Below are positions 1 through 12,483 of a stretch of DNA of 64,000 nucleotides, one piece after another; the first letter of the stretch is position 1; each line of letters starts with the position of its first letter. A model generated the notes under the pieces. The model was given only the letters and a program-made list of their open reading frames with translations. It had not been told where the DNA came from and made no database searches. The stretch lies in assembly GCA_045606045.1 (NCBI GenBank), contig JAZURE010000032.1, positions 9,863 to 73,862 of the forward strand. The letters are read 5' to 3'. Both the position numbers and the translations under genes were made by a program. Origin of the DNA: Clostridia bacterium. Lineage in GTDB: Bacteria; Bacillota; Clostridia; UMGS1810.

Positions 1-495
1 TGGTATACCCACATATAAGCTTATTGAGTTCTCTGGCATGGTCTTTATAAGAAGTTTTTCCTTTTGTGCCACTTTAATTGCAAGCTCTGTCTTATCTGTG
101 TTGCATTCGTATACACTTTCAAAACGATTTTTAATATCAGGTATTTGCATGCCTCTTTCGCTTAATTCCCGCACCATTTTACTTGGACGGATGCCAGTTA
201 TAAGCCCCCACGGAAGATTTGTGCCCAAAGCGGATTTGAATACTTCATTTATGGTTTTCTTTACATAAATCTTATTTTCACATTCTGCACAAAAACAGCT
301 TTCATACTTTTTGCCGTCAAGCATCAATGCAGCCGTATACTTGTATTTGCCATTCGAATATATAACCTCGGATATAACATAATCCCCGTTTTCGGGGATT
401 GTGTCTGTGAGTTCAATTTTAATTTTGGGAATGTGTGCGGTTATCATTTCACGAGATGCATATTCTTCGTTATGATTTTTAAGAATTAAATACAT
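1..495 (-). CDS. HemZ-like radical-SAM coproporphyrinogen dehydrogenase family protein, N-terminal part (ORF runs off the left edge)
   Basis: Hand translation of the minus strand from the ATG at 495 (GAGGA RBS upstream) stays open to position 1: MYLILKNHNEEYASREMITAHIPKIKIELTD...LPWGLITGIRPSK. It is absent from the ORF track because there is no stop in the window. The family call rests on N-terminal resemblance only. Confidence 0.45.
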   Translation of the reverse strand, partial: MYLILKNHNEEYASREMITAHIPKIKIELTDTIPENGDYVISEVIYSNGKYKYTAALMLDGKKYESCFCAECENKIYVKKTINEVFKSALGTNLPWGLITGIRPSKMVRELSERGMQIPDIKNRFESVYECNTDKTELAIKVAQKEKLLIKTMPENSISLYVGIP

Positions 496-505
496 ACTGA
501 ATTCC

Positions 506-1123
506 TCATACAAATGGATTGTTGTTTTTCTCAAATTCTATAGTGGTGCGGTTTCCGTGACCGGGGTATACAATGGTACTCTCGCTTAAGGTGTACAGTT
601 TGCTTTGTATGGAGTGCCTTAGAATATTAAAGCTTCCGCCTGGAAAATCAGTTCTTCCTACAGAACACTCAAATAAAGTATCACCGCTGAAAAGTGTGTC
701 TTCGTACAGAACACATATGCTTCCTCTTGTGTGCCCGGGTGTGTGTATAATCCTGATGCAGTCATTTCCAAAGGGGAGAGTCTGTCCGTCTTTGACGATG
801 AGGTCTGCTTTTGTTACAGGTGAGTGGGAGCCGAAAGCTGCGCAAAGATTTGTATTGGAATCGTTTAGTGCTTTTGCGTCATCTTCATGTATTATAACAG
901 GAACATCAAACCTCTCTTTGACCTTGTCAAGAGCACCAATATGGTCTACATGAGCATGCGTGAGAATGATGTATTTTAAATCGGCACCGCTGTCCTCAAC
1001 CATTCTTACGGCAAGGGCGGGATTTGCACCGGGGTCTACTACAAACATCTCGTTTGTAGCTTCATCGGTAACCATATAAAAATTTGCACCAAGCTCACCT
1101 AAGGGAGCAGTTTTTATAGTCAT
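506..1123 (-). CDS. MBL-fold metallo-hydrolase (hydroxyacylglutathione hydrolase-like)
   Basis: 205 aa with the THAHVDH metal-binding motif, followed by HTPGHT and a GD..F motif. Confidence 0.8.
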   Translation of the reverse strand: MTIKTAPLGELGANFYMVTDEATNEMFVVDPGANPALAVRMVEDSGADLKYIILTHAHVDHIGALDKVKERFDVPVIIHEDDAKALNDSNTNLCAAFGSHSPVTKADLIVKDGQTLPFGNDCIRIIHTPGHTRGSICVLYEDTLFSGDTLFECSVGRTDFPGGSFNILRHSIQSKLYTLSESTIVYPGHGNRTTIEFEKNNNPFV

Positions 1124-1134
1124 ATTTGTATACC

Positions 1135-3315
1135 TCAGTTATTTCTCGAAACTTCTACAATATCTTTGAGCCGTCCGAGCTTCTTTATAAGCACATTTAG
1201 CTGTTCGGTATTGGATACCTCTACGGAAACTTCCACAATACCAAGTCCTTCCTTTGTGGAGCGTGCGTTGAGCGTTCTTAAGGACACCTTGGTATCGTTT
1301 ACGATATTTGCAACCTCAAGCACAAGTCCGTCTCTGTCGGCACATACAATCTTGATTTTGGAAAGGTAAGAGGTGCTTGCATTGTTTTCCCAGGACACAT
1401 CTATAAGTCTGGCTCGCTCCTCCTCATTCTTGTGTATAGCAGCTATATTTATGCAGTCCTGACGGTGTATTGATACACCTCTGCCTCTTGTTATATAGCC
1501 TATTATCTTATCCCCGGGTACAGGGCTGCAGCATTGTGAATATCGTATAAGGCAGTTGTGTATGCCCTTAACAACAATTCCGTCGGAGGATGATTTCTTT
1601 GACTTAACGGGCGAATCCAAAGAAAGACTTACAGGAAGCAACTCATCCTTGGTATTGTTCTTTTTATATTCGTCTTTTAATTTGTTTATGACATTAGTTA
1701 CAACAAGACCGCCGTAGCCTATATTTGCATACAAGTCGTCCTCACTTGCATATCCATAGCGCTTTACAAGCTTGGTTATATATTCGGGCGAAGCTAAATT
1801 CAATGAAGAAAGTCCCTGACGGCGAATTTCCTTGTCTATCATATCCTTGCCGAGCAGGATGTTTTCCTCTCGGTTTTCCTTTTTGAACCATGTGTTTATC
1901 TTGTTTCGTGCCTGACCTGTCTTTACAATCTTGAGCCAGTCCATGCTTGGTCCGTGTACTGAGGATGATGTTACTATTTCCACTATATCGCCGTTTTTGA
2001 GCTGATATTCAAGCGGAACGATTTTGCCGTTTACCTTGGCGCCCTGCATCCTGTAGCCTATGGCAGAGTGTATGCTAAACGCAAAGTCAATGGGTGTAGA
2101 ACCCGCAGGGAAGGAGAGGACATCTCCTTTAGGTGAAAATACAAACACCTGATCTGTAAAAAGGTCTATGCGCAAGGTCTGCAGGAATTCCTCTTCGCTT
2201 TTGGCATCGCTTTGAACATCGAGTATTTGTCTTACCCATTGGAATTTTTGCTCTGTATCTATATCGTGTTTTTGCGGGTTTTCTTTGTACTTCCAATGCG
2301 CTGCGATACCGTTTTCGGCTACTTCGTGCATCTCCTTTGTGCGTATCTGTATTTCAAAGGGTCTGCCGTCCGTACCGATGACGGTGGTATGCAGGGACTG
2401 GTACATATTTGGCTTTGGCATTGCTATATAGTCCTTGAATCTGCCGGGCATGGGTTTGTACAGCTCATGTGCGGCACCAAGGGCAGCATAACAGTCGCTT
2501 ACCGTTTCTGTAACAATTCTTACTGCAAAAAGGTCATATATCTGGTCAAGAGTTTTATTCTGGGTGTACATCTTTCTGTATATGCTGTAAAAGTGCTTGG
2601 GCCTGCCGTCTATAGTACATTTGATGTTAAGGGTTTCAAGCTTCTGCTTTAAATCAAACTTTATAATGTCGATGTACTTTTCGCGTTCCTGACGCTTTTG
2701 GTTAATTCCTTTTACTATTTCAAAGTATGCGATAGGGTCAAGGTATTTAAGTGATAAATCTTCAAGTTCCCACTTGATTTTATACATACCGAGTCTGTGG
2801 GCAAGAGGTGCAAATACGCTTAAAGTTTCGCGGGCTTTTTCCCTCTGCTTTTCCTCGCTCATGCTTATGAGTGTGCTCATATTGTGCATACGGTCTGCGA
2901 ATTTTATTATTATAACTCGGATGTCGCTTGCCATGGCAAGAAACATTTTTCTGAGATTCTCCATATCTCTTTCTTCCTTGTTGGAGAATTCTATCTTTTC
3001 GAGTTTTGTAACACCGTCTACAAGCAAAGCCACCTGCTCACCAAAGAGTTTCTTTATATCCTCACTTGAATATTGCGTATCTTCAACTACATCATGGAGC
3101 AAAGCAGCGCATACGGAATCCACATCCATCTGCATTTCGGCAACAATAAGCGCTACTGCAAGGGGGTGGGTAATATAGGGCGTGCCGGAAATTCTCTTCT
3201 GGTCCTTGTGAGCCTCATATGCGAGATTGTATGCAGTGTGGATTTTTTCAATATTTGCTGATGGATTATTTAATTTTATAGTTTCTATAAGCTTTTCAAA
3301 AGTTTGCTTTGGCAT
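1135..3315 (-). CDS. relA: bifunctional (p)ppGpp synthetase/hydrolase RelA/SpoT family
   Basis: 726 aa with an HD domain (HDVVEDT), a RelA_SpoT synthetase core, and TGS and ACT-like C-terminal regions. Confidence 0.95.
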   Translation of the reverse strand: MPKQTFEKLIETIKLNNPSANIEKIHTAYNLAYEAHKDQKRISGTPYITHPLAVALIVAEMQMDVDSVCAALLHDVVEDTQYSSEDIKKLFGEQVALLVDGVTKLEKIEFSNKEERDMENLRKMFLAMASDIRVIIIKFADRMHNMSTLISMSEEKQREKARETLSVFAPLAHRLGMYKIKWELEDLSLKYLDPIAYFEIVKGINQKRQEREKYIDIIKFDLKQKLETLNIKCTIDGRPKHFYSIYRKMYTQNKTLDQIYDLFAVRIVTETVSDCYAALGAAHELYKPMPGRFKDYIAMPKPNMYQSLHTTVIGTDGRPFEIQIRTKEMHEVAENGIAAHWKYKENPQKHDIDTEQKFQWVRQILDVQSDAKSEEEFLQTLRIDLFTDQVFVFSPKGDVLSFPAGSTPIDFAFSIHSAIGYRMQGAKVNGKIVPLEYQLKNGDIVEIVTSSSVHGPSMDWLKIVKTGQARNKINTWFKKENREENILLGKDMIDKEIRRQGLSSLNLASPEYITKLVKRYGYASEDDLYANIGYGGLVVTNVINKLKDEYKKNNTKDELLPVSLSLDSPVKSKKSSSDGIVVKGIHNCLIRYSQCCSPVPGDKIIGYITRGRGVSIHRQDCINIAAIHKNEEERARLIDVSWENNASTSYLSKIKIVCADRDGLVLEVANIVNDTKVSLRTLNARSTKEGLGIVEVSVEVSNTEQLNVLIKKLGRLKDIVEVSRNN

Positions 3316-3341
3316 ATATATTCCTCCTTGGGCAACAATAA

Positions 3342-5324
3342 CTATGCCTTGTATTTTCTGTATGTTTCAGAGATGGTAAGGTCATTTTTACAGTCAAAAT
3401 TAATTCCTTTTGTTATTGTGTATTCATCATCAGTTGAAACAACATCCAGAATATTAAGTTCCTCAAAAACCCTGAGGGCAGTTTCAACCTTGGGGTTGAT
3501 AAACTTTAGTTTTAGGTATCTGTCCGCTTTAACAAAGTCATGTTTCCGGAATGTGTTGCATCCTGAATATATCTTGCTTCTTATATCAACAAATATGTTT
3601 TTCAGTTCATCATATGTGAGATTTTTGGATAAGGGAGAAAATTTTATATCGCGTATTATAAATTGCGGACGCACTGTGCCTCTAAATGAATTGATGCCCA
3701 GGTTTCCCACAACGGATATATAGTCGCCTACACAAAAATCCTTGATTGCTTCCGACATGGAAAATGCGGGAAATTCGCGTTTTGTGCCGTTTTGGGATAC
3801 AGTAATAAAAGCGTGCTTTTTGTTTTGCGTATATCTGATATCTTCTATACGAACATCCTTCACGCAGAATACAGGTGTGCGGTTTTCTATTCCGTACGGC
3901 TCAAGTACGGAGAGGGACTGTACATTGGCAAGCACAATATCCGACAGGGATATAACGCAGTCTACCTCTATAGAGGGAGTGCGCACCTCCTCTGTAAGAA
4001 GCGGTGCCATGTAAGAATCAATTTTTTTATAGAATTCTTCTGCACTGTCGGGCTTTAGTGTAAAACCTGCAGCAAGCTCATGACCGCCAAATCTTATCAA
4101 TTCTTCCGAACAAGCGGTAAGAGCATCAAAAAGGTTTATTCCCTTTATACTTCTGCCGGAAGCTTTGCCTGTACCATCGGGATTTATGCTTACTACGGCA
4201 CTTGGTTTGTAGTACTTTTCTGTAATCTTTGAGGACACAATACCTATTATTCCGTGCGCCCAGTTCTCTTTTGCCACAAGAATGAAATTTTTGCCTGAGA
4301 GCTTGTCTCTTTCTATGATTTCAATACATTCGTCAAATATTTTCTGCTCCGTTGTTTGTCTTAATTTATTGCAGTTGTCAAGCTCTTCTGCAAGAGAAAG
4401 GGCAGTCTTGTCGTTTGCTTCCAGAAGAAGCTTTACAGAATTCTGCGCATTTTGCATTCTTCCTGCGGCATTAAGCCTTGGAGCAATGGCAAAGCTTATA
4501 TCGGCAGAGGTTATCTCGTCCTGCTTTATTCCAGCAACAGTCATTACTGCCTTTATGCCGGAATTATCTGTGATTTTAAGCTTTTCAAGACCTTTGGAAA
4601 CTATATAACGGTTTTCATCGCGCAGGGGCACCATATCCGCTACAGTTCCTATTGCAACTATATCGCAATATCTGTAAAATATGTCTTTGTCCATACCTGA
4701 ATGTGCATATATCAGCTTAAAGGCAACACCTACACCTGCAAGTGCATCAAAAGGATAGGAGGCACTTGTGATTTTAGGATTGATTACTGACACAGCCTCC
4801 GGAAGAGTTTCCTTTAGGGCATGGTGGTCGGTTATTATTACATCTATCCCTTGCTCTTTTGCATATGCTACTTCCTGTGTGGCGGTAATGCCTACATCCA
4901 CAGTTATTATAAGTGTAATGTGTTGCTTTTTTAATGTATCAATTGCGCCGCAGTTCATACCGTAGCCCTCTTGTATTCTGTCGGGTATATAGTATATTAC
5001 ATCAGCACCAAGCGATTTTAGATAATCAAAAAGAATATAGGTTGCACTAATGCCGTCGACATCATAGTCGCCGTATACGGCAATTTTTTCCTTGTTTTTA
5101 AGCGCAATATTAATTCTGTCTACAGCCTTTTTCATATCGCTTAGCAGAAAGGGATTGTATAAAAGGCTCTCATCTGCAGACAAAAAACTTTTTGCATCAT
5201 CAAAGCTGAATCCTCTTGCACAGAGTATATTTGCCACAAGAGGTGAAACATTAAGATTTTCTGATATACGCAGTGCTTCTGTATTGTCTATATTTGGCAT
5301 AAGCCATTTTTTTGAGTTATACAA
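3342..5324 (-). CDS. recJ: single-stranded-DNA-specific exonuclease RecJ
   Basis: 660 aa with DHH-family motifs (GDYDVDGISA, ITDHH) and a DHHA1-like GGHxxAAG motif. Confidence 0.9.
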   Translation of the reverse strand: MYNSKKWLMPNIDNTEALRISENLNVSPLVANILCARGFSFDDAKSFLSADESLLYNPFLLSDMKKAVDRINIALKNKEKIAVYGDYDVDGISATYILFDYLKSLGADVIYYIPDRIQEGYGMNCGAIDTLKKQHITLIITVDVGITATQEVAYAKEQGIDVIITDHHALKETLPEAVSVINPKITSASYPFDALAGVGVAFKLIYAHSGMDKDIFYRYCDIVAIGTVADMVPLRDENRYIVSKGLEKLKITDNSGIKAVMTVAGIKQDEITSADISFAIAPRLNAAGRMQNAQNSVKLLLEANDKTALSLAEELDNCNKLRQTTEQKIFDECIEIIERDKLSGKNFILVAKENWAHGIIGIVSSKITEKYYKPSAVVSINPDGTGKASGRSIKGINLFDALTACSEELIRFGGHELAAGFTLKPDSAEEFYKKIDSYMAPLLTEEVRTPSIEVDCVISLSDIVLANVQSLSVLEPYGIENRTPVFCVKDVRIEDIRYTQNKKHAFITVSQNGTKREFPAFSMSEAIKDFCVGDYISVVGNLGINSFRGTVRPQFIIRDIKFSPLSKNLTYDELKNIFVDIRSKIYSGCNTFRKHDFVKADRYLKLKFINPKVETALRVFEELNILDVVSTDDEYTITKGINFDCKNDLTISETYRKYKA

Positions 5325-5497
5325 AGTTCACACCACGCTTAAAGTTTTTATTCTGTCATTATAACATTTCTGTACATAAAGTGCAAGCTATAATTACACA
5401 ATAAGAATAAAATGTAAATTTTTCCATTTGTTCTTGTAAACTGTTGCAAACTGTGTTACAATATATACCAAGAATTTTCTTTTTAGGGGTGCAACAC

Positions 5498-5734
5498 ATG
5501 TCAAAACCATTTGGATATAAAATTGCTGTTGCACTTACTACGGTACTGCAGGCAGGGATATCCGCAGTCGTGCCTGTAGGCATATGTATATTGGGGGCGA
5601 GATTTCTTGTGGATAAATTTTCTCTCCCGGAATACACTACACTTATTGGAATAATTCTGGGGGTGCTGTCGGGTTTTTACAGTATGATAAAATATATTTA
5701 CTCAGCAATCAAAGCTACAGATAGCAGAAAATAA
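5498..5734 (+). CDS. AtpZ/AtpI-like small membrane protein preceding the atp operon
   Basis: Start moved to the internal Met (MSKPFGYK) that follows an AGGGGTG RBS. The protein has two hydrophobic helices and sits at the head of the atp operon. Confidence 0.5.
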   Translation: MSKPFGYKIAVALTTVLQAGISAVVPVGICILGARFLVDKFSLPEYTTLIGIILGVLSGFYSMIKYIYSAIKATDSRK

Positions 5735-5750
5735 GTAAAGGAAGATTATT

Positions 5751-6167
5751 ATGTTTTTGAAGCAATCATCTAAACAAACACTCAAAATACTCATAGGCTC
5801 AGTTATACTGGCAGGCATTATGATAGCGGTGTTTGCACTTTTGGGGTATTTTTCGCTTAGTGTTGTCTCGGGTGCTGCTTTGGGAATTGTAACTGCTGTT
5901 TTAAATTTCTTTCTTCTGGCACTTACACTTGAATATGCTCTTGGCAAAGGTGCTGGTAAGGCTCAGGGTATTATGGGACTTTCCTACACTGTAAGAATCG
6001 TTGTAATAGCGGTGATTGTTGTTTTTGCTATCAAAGCACCTTATATAAACTATGTAGCTACCGCAATTCCTCTGGTGTTTCCGAGGATTGTGATATATGC
6101 CCTCAATTTCTTAGACAAGGATAAAAAGGAGGAGGTCGGCAGTGAACGGACCGCAGATACTATTTAG
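5751..6167 (+). CDS. atpI: ATP synthase subunit I-like membrane protein
   Basis: 138-aa polytopic membrane protein immediately upstream of, and overlapping, atpB. Confidence 0.6.
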   Translation: MFLKQSSKQTLKILIGSVILAGIMIAVFALLGYFSLSVVSGAALGIVTAVLNFFLLALTLEYALGKGAGKAQGIMGLSYTVRIVVIAVIVVFAIKAPYINYVATAIPLVFPRIVIYALNFLDKDKKEEVGSERTADTI

Positions 6168-6867
6168 AATACCCATATTTGGCGGGATACCTGTCACGGA
6201 GACTATCGTAAACATGTGGGTTATAATGGCAATCATTGCAATTATATCTATTTGGCTTGGAGCAGGGCTTAAACTAAGACCCGAGAGCAAAAAGCAAATT
6301 GTTGCAGAAAAGCTTGTTTCCATGCTTTATAAATTAGTTTCCGACACTATGGGCGAAAAGAATATAAAATACGCGCCGTATATAGGGACACTTTTTACAC
6401 TGTCTATTTGCGGAAGCGTGTCCAGTCTTTTTGGTGTCCGTCCGTATACGGCAGACCTTAGTGTTACGCTTGGATGGGCGCTTGTTACCTTTATGATGGT
6501 ACAGCTTACATCCATAAAAACAAACGGAATTCTTGGATGGCTTGGAGGTTTTGTTAAACCCATACCGCTTCTTTTACCTCTTAACATAGTAAGTGAGGTT
6601 GCAAACCCGATTTCAATTTCGTTCCGTCATTTTGGAAACATCGCGGCAGGTATGGTAATAACCTCATTGTTATACGGAGCGCTTGCATCGCTGAGTGCCG
6701 TAGTACTTCAGTTTATACCAAATGCCTTTATAAACTCCATACCAATATTTCAGCTTGGTTTACCTGCAATTTTGTCGGTATATTTTGATTTGTTTTCGAG
6801 TTTTCTGCAAGCATACATTATTGTAATGCTTACAATGGTTTTCGTATCAGGAGCCTCAGAGGCTTAA
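6142..6867 (+). CDS. atpB: F0F1 ATP synthase subunit a
   Basis: GTG start, 241 aa. It carries the conserved ...SFRHFGNI... arginine region of subunit a. Confidence 0.9.
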   Translation: MNGPQILFRIPIFGGIPVTETIVNMWVIMAIIAIISIWLGAGLKLRPESKKQIVAEKLVSMLYKLVSDTMGEKNIKYAPYIGTLFTLSICGSVSSLFGVRPYTADLSVTLGWALVTFMMVQLTSIKTNGILGWLGGFVKPIPLLLPLNIVSEVANPISISFRHFGNIAAGMVITSLLYGALASLSAVVLQFIPNAFINSIPIFQLGLPAILSVYFDLFSSFLQAYIIVMLTMVFVSGASEA

Positions 6868-6873
6868 ATATAA

Positions 6874-7161
<288 letters not shown>

Positions 7162-7185
7162 TTTTCTAAGAAAGGCGTAGTACAA

Positions 7186-7692
7186 ATGGAAGAATTTTTG
7201 GCTTTTGTAACTATAGATGTATGGACGCTCATTTTTACATGGGGTAACCTTATAATACTTTTTCTTCTTATGAAAAAGTTTTTGTTTAAGCCCGTAAAAA
7301 ACATGATTGATGCGCGCGAAGAGGAAATAAACTCCAAGCTTGACAGTGCGGATGAGAGTGTAAAAACTGCTAACCAAATGAAAGCAGAGTATGAAAATCT
7401 TCTTTCAGGTGCCAGGTCGGAGGCTGACGAAATTGTTAAGACCGCCACAAAAAAGGCGATGCTGAAGGAAGAGGAAATCCTTTCCGAGGCGCACGACAAG
7501 GCGCGAGGCATAATGGAACGCGCGCAGGCAAAAATCGAGCTTGACAAAAAGAAGATGGCAAACGATGTTAAAAACGATGTGGCTTCCATGGCGATATCTA
7601 TAGCATCCAAGATAATCGAAAAGGATTTGTCGGAAAAGGACAATGAAGCTATAATAGAAAAATTCATAAACGAAATAGGTGATGATAAATGA
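7186..7692 (+). CDS. atpF: F0F1 ATP synthase subunit b
   Basis: N-terminal TM helix followed by a long charged coiled coil. Operon position is consistent. Confidence 0.85.
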   Translation: MEEFLAFVTIDVWTLIFTWGNLIILFLLMKKFLFKPVKNMIDAREEEINSKLDSADESVKTANQMKAEYENLLSGARSEADEIVKTATKKAMLKEEEILSEAHDKARGIMERAQAKIELDKKKMANDVKNDVASMAISIASKIIEKDLSEKDNEAIIEKFINEIGDDK

Positions 7693-8225
7693 GCGAATTA
7701 GTAGTAGGCTATGCCAAGGCGCTTTATTCACTTGCAACGGATATGAAAACAGAAGATAAAATCCTTTCCCAAATGAAAGAAATTTCAGATTCGTTAAAGG
7801 AAAACCCTGATTTTATCAAACTTCTTAATTCGCCTGCTCTAACTCTCGAAGAGAGGCACAGGGCAGCAGAAAATGCCTTTGATGGTGCCGAAGAAATCCT
7901 TATTAATTTCATAAAGCTTCTTACAGAGGGCAGACTTATGCACCTTTTTCAAAAATGTGAGAGAAGCTTTGAAAATGAATACAACATAAGTCACAATATT
8001 GAGGTTGTTACCGTAGAGAGTGCTTATGAGCTTAATGACAGTCAAACGGCAGCACTAAAGAGCAAGCTTGAAGATATGACAGGAAAAAAGATTAAAATCA
8101 AATCCCTGCTTCGTCCCGAGCTTCTTGGCGGAATTGTTGTAAAAATGCGCGGTATTCAATATGATGGCAGTATATCCAAAAAACTGGATGATATATTTGG
8201 CGATATACACAATGTAATAGTATAG
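7689..8225 (+). CDS. atpH: F0F1 ATP synthase subunit delta (OSCP)
   Basis: 178 aa between atpF and atpA, with the OSCP-like C-terminal LLGG..V motif. Confidence 0.85.
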   Translation: MSELVVGYAKALYSLATDMKTEDKILSQMKEISDSLKENPDFIKLLNSPALTLEERHRAAENAFDGAEEILINFIKLLTEGRLMHLFQKCERSFENEYNISHNIEVVTVESAYELNDSQTAALKSKLEDMTGKKIKIKSLLRPELLGGIVVKMRGIQYDGSISKKLDDIFGDIHNVIV

Positions 8226-8235
8226 GTGATAGCAT

Positions 8236-9750
8236 ATGGAACTTAAATCAGCTGATATCAGCAAAATAATAAAAGACAGAATAAAAAACTACAACACTAA
8301 AATATCACAGGACGAAACAGGATATGTCATACAGATAGGTGATGGTATATCCAAGGTACACGGTCTCGACAACTGTATGGCAAACGAACTTGTTAAGTTT
8401 TCAAACGGCTCATACGGCATGGCACTTAACTTGGAGGAGACCTCTGTGAGCGTTGTTATGCTTGGTACAGACGCAGGGATAAAGGAGGGCGACATTGTTA
8501 CAAGAACAGGCAGTGTTGTTTCTGTTCCCGTAGGAGATGCACTCATAGGCAGAGTAGTTAACGCAATTGGCGAGCCTATAGATGGTCTTGGTCCTATAGA
8601 TACAGGCGAGGTGCGTCCTATAGAATCAAGTGCTCCCGGAATTATAGAAAGAAAGTCTGTTAATGTACCTCTTCAGACAGGTATCAAAACAATAGACTCC
8701 ATGATTCCTATAGGCAGAGGTCAGCGTGAGCTTATTATAGGCGACAGACAAACAGGTAAAACCGTAATTGCCCTCGATACCATAATAAATCAAAAGGGTA
8801 AGGATGTAATCTGTATATATGTTGCTATAGGACAGAAGCGTTCTACCGTTGCTCAAACTGTTGAGACACTTAAAAAATCAGGGGCAATGGATTATACAAT
8901 GGTTGTTTCCGCTACGGCATCTGAAATGGCGCCACTTCAGTATATTGCGCCTTATTCTGGCTGTGCAATGGGTGAGCACTTCATGTCTCAGGGCAAGGAT
9001 GTACTGATTGTATATGACGACCTCTCCAAGCACGCTGTGGCATACAGAGCGCTTTCACTTCTTATAAGGCGTCCTCCGGGCAGAGAGGCATATCCCGGTG
9101 ATGTTTTCTATCTTCATTCAAGACTTTTGGAAAGAGCTGCAAACATCGCACCCGAATACGGCGGCGGTTCTCTTACTGCTCTTCCTATAATCGAAACGCA
9201 GGCAGGCGATGTGTCTGCATATATACCTACAAATGTTATATCCATTACCGACGGTCAGATATTTTTGGAAACCGAGCTTTTCCACAGCGGTGTAATGCCC
9301 GCTGTAAACCCCGGTATTTCCGTTTCCCGTGTTGGCGGTAATGCACAGATTAAGGCTATGAAAAAGGTATCGGGCAGACTTAAGCTTTTGTATTCGCAGT
9401 TTAGAGAGCTTCAGTCTTTTGCACAGTTTGGCTCCGACCTTGATGAAGATACAAAGAAAAGACTTCGTCAGGGCGAAAGAATAGTGGAAGTCTTAAAACA
9501 GGGAAGAAATACTCCTGTAGATGTAGAAAAGCAGGTTGCTATAATTTATGCAGTGACAAACGATTTGCTTGAGGAAATAGATGTTGATAAAATCCGTGAC
9601 TTTGAAAGCGGACTTTACGAATTTCTTTCTGTTTCCAGAAGTGAAATCCTTGATGAAATTAAAGCAAAGGGTGACCTTAGTTCTGATACTGAGGATAAGC
9701 TTAAAAATGCAATTCTGGAGTATAAGGACAGGTTTTTAAACGGCAGATAG
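8236..9750 (+). CDS. atpA: F0F1 ATP synthase subunit alpha
   Basis: 504 aa with Walker A GDRQTGKT and typical alpha-subunit sequence throughout. Confidence 0.97.
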   Translation: MELKSADISKIIKDRIKNYNTKISQDETGYVIQIGDGISKVHGLDNCMANELVKFSNGSYGMALNLEETSVSVVMLGTDAGIKEGDIVTRTGSVVSVPVGDALIGRVVNAIGEPIDGLGPIDTGEVRPIESSAPGIIERKSVNVPLQTGIKTIDSMIPIGRGQRELIIGDRQTGKTVIALDTIINQKGKDVICIYVAIGQKRSTVAQTVETLKKSGAMDYTMVVSATASEMAPLQYIAPYSGCAMGEHFMSQGKDVLIVYDDLSKHAVAYRALSLLIRRPPGREAYPGDVFYLHSRLLERAANIAPEYGGGSLTALPIIETQAGDVSAYIPTNVISITDGQIFLETELFHSGVMPAVNPGISVSRVGGNAQIKAMKKVSGRLKLLYSQFRELQSFAQFGSDLDEDTKKRLRQGERIVEVLKQGRNTPVDVEKQVAIIYAVTNDLLEEIDVDKIRDFESGLYEFLSVSRSEILDEIKAKGDLSSDTEDKLKNAILEYKDRFLNGR

Positions 9751-9762
9751 GCGGTGAAATAG

Positions 9763-10605
9763 ATGCCATCCTCAATGAAGGATATCAAAAACAGAATTAA
9801 AAGCATTGAGGGAACAATGCAGATAACAAAAGCAATGGAGCTTGTTGCCGCATCCAAACTTCGCAAGGCAAGGCAGAGGATAGAGGTTTCCAGACCGTAT
9901 TATGAGTTTTTGAGACAGGCGATAGATTCGTTGGATGTATCAAAAAACACTGCATCATCTGTGTTTTTTGACAATACCAAAAACGGAAAGCCTTGCTATA
10001 TACTTATTGCAGGCGACAGAGGTCTTGCGGGCGGTTATAATTCCAATCTTTTTAAAAAATTTTTCGGAGACACCAAGGATGCGGATGTATGTGTTGTTCC
10101 TGTAGGGAAAAAAGCTTATGAATTCTGCAAAAGAAATAACTATGAAATCATATATGACAGCTTTGGCACTGCAGAGGATGTTTCTATAGGAGATTGCTAT
10201 GCTCTGGGAGATATCCTGTGCGAAAAATACAAAGATGGATATCTTAGCTCAATATATATCTGCTATACCGAAATGGTGTCTGTAATGTCGCAGATTCCCA
10301 GCACACGCAAGCTTCTTCCATTTGATTTGAAACAAAATAACTCCGTGCGTACGGTTGCAATATATGAGCCATCGGCAGACAGCGTGTTTGAACGCATAGC
10401 AGAGAGCTTTGTTTCAGGCTCATTCTATGGTGCACTTTGCGAGTCGCAGGCTTCGGAGTTTGCATCTCGCAGAATGGCTATGGATAGTGCCAGCAAGAAT
10501 GCAGGCGAAATGATAGATACTCTTACACTAAATTACAACAGAGCAAGACAGGCTGCTATTACGCAGGAAATAACGGAAATTGTCTCGGGCGCAGAGGCTC
10601 TGTGA
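9763..10605 (+). CDS. atpG: F0F1 ATP synthase subunit gamma
   Basis: 280 aa with an N-terminal IK.RI.S...T.KIT.AMELVAA region and a C-terminal ITQEI.EIVSGAEAL region. Confidence 0.92.
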   Translation: MPSSMKDIKNRIKSIEGTMQITKAMELVAASKLRKARQRIEVSRPYYEFLRQAIDSLDVSKNTASSVFFDNTKNGKPCYILIAGDRGLAGGYNSNLFKKFFGDTKDADVCVVPVGKKAYEFCKRNNYEIIYDSFGTAEDVSIGDCYALGDILCEKYKDGYLSSIYICYTEMVSVMSQIPSTRKLLPFDLKQNNSVRTVAIYEPSADSVFERIAESFVSGSFYGALCESQASEFASRRMAMDSASKNAGEMIDTLTLNYNRARQAAITQEITEIVSGAEAL

Positions 10606-10608
10606 TAA

Positions 10609-12027
<1,419 letters not shown>

Positions 12028-12030
12028 TCA

Positions 12031-12432
12031 GTGAGGGAATTTAACCTTCAGATATTCACTCCCGACGGTGTGGCATATGATGATACCGCAGAAAGCATAG
12101 TTGTAAGAACTTCAAGCGGAGATGTGTGCATACTTTTCGGACATATAGATTACGCCTCAACCATAGATTTTGGCAGAGTAAAAATACGCAAAAACGGAGA
12201 GGAAAAGTACGCAGCATGCATGGGTGGAATTCTCATGGTTTCAAAGGGTGATGTACGCATAGTTGCCACTACCTTTGAGTATTCTGATAAAATTGACCAA
12301 AATCGTGCTCTTGCCGCCAAGGAAAAGGCGGAGAGCATTATAGAGAAATCTTCGGACAACAAAGAGATCGCACTTGCCGAAATCAAGCTAAAGCGTGCGT
12401 TAAATCGTCTGAGTGTTGCAAATATAAAATAA
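12031..12432 (+). CDS. atpC: F0F1 ATP synthase subunit epsilon
   Basis: GTG start, 133 aa, last gene of the operon. Confidence 0.88.
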   Translation: MREFNLQIFTPDGVAYDDTAESIVVRTSSGDVCILFGHIDYASTIDFGRVKIRKNGEEKYAACMGGILMVSKGDVRIVATTFEYSDKIDQNRALAAKEKAESIIEKSSDNKEIALAEIKLKRALNRLSVANIK

Positions 12433-12483
12433 CAGAACAGGGCACATTAGCTGTGCCCTGTATTCAAAAGCGGAGGAAAAGTT

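Noticed and set aside
12437-12461. 10-bp hairpin (ACAGGGCACA/TGTGCCCTGT) after atpC, considered as the operon terminator.
   Set aside because: No U-run follows the stem on the plus strand. It may still be a weak or factor-dependent terminator, but I did not call it.
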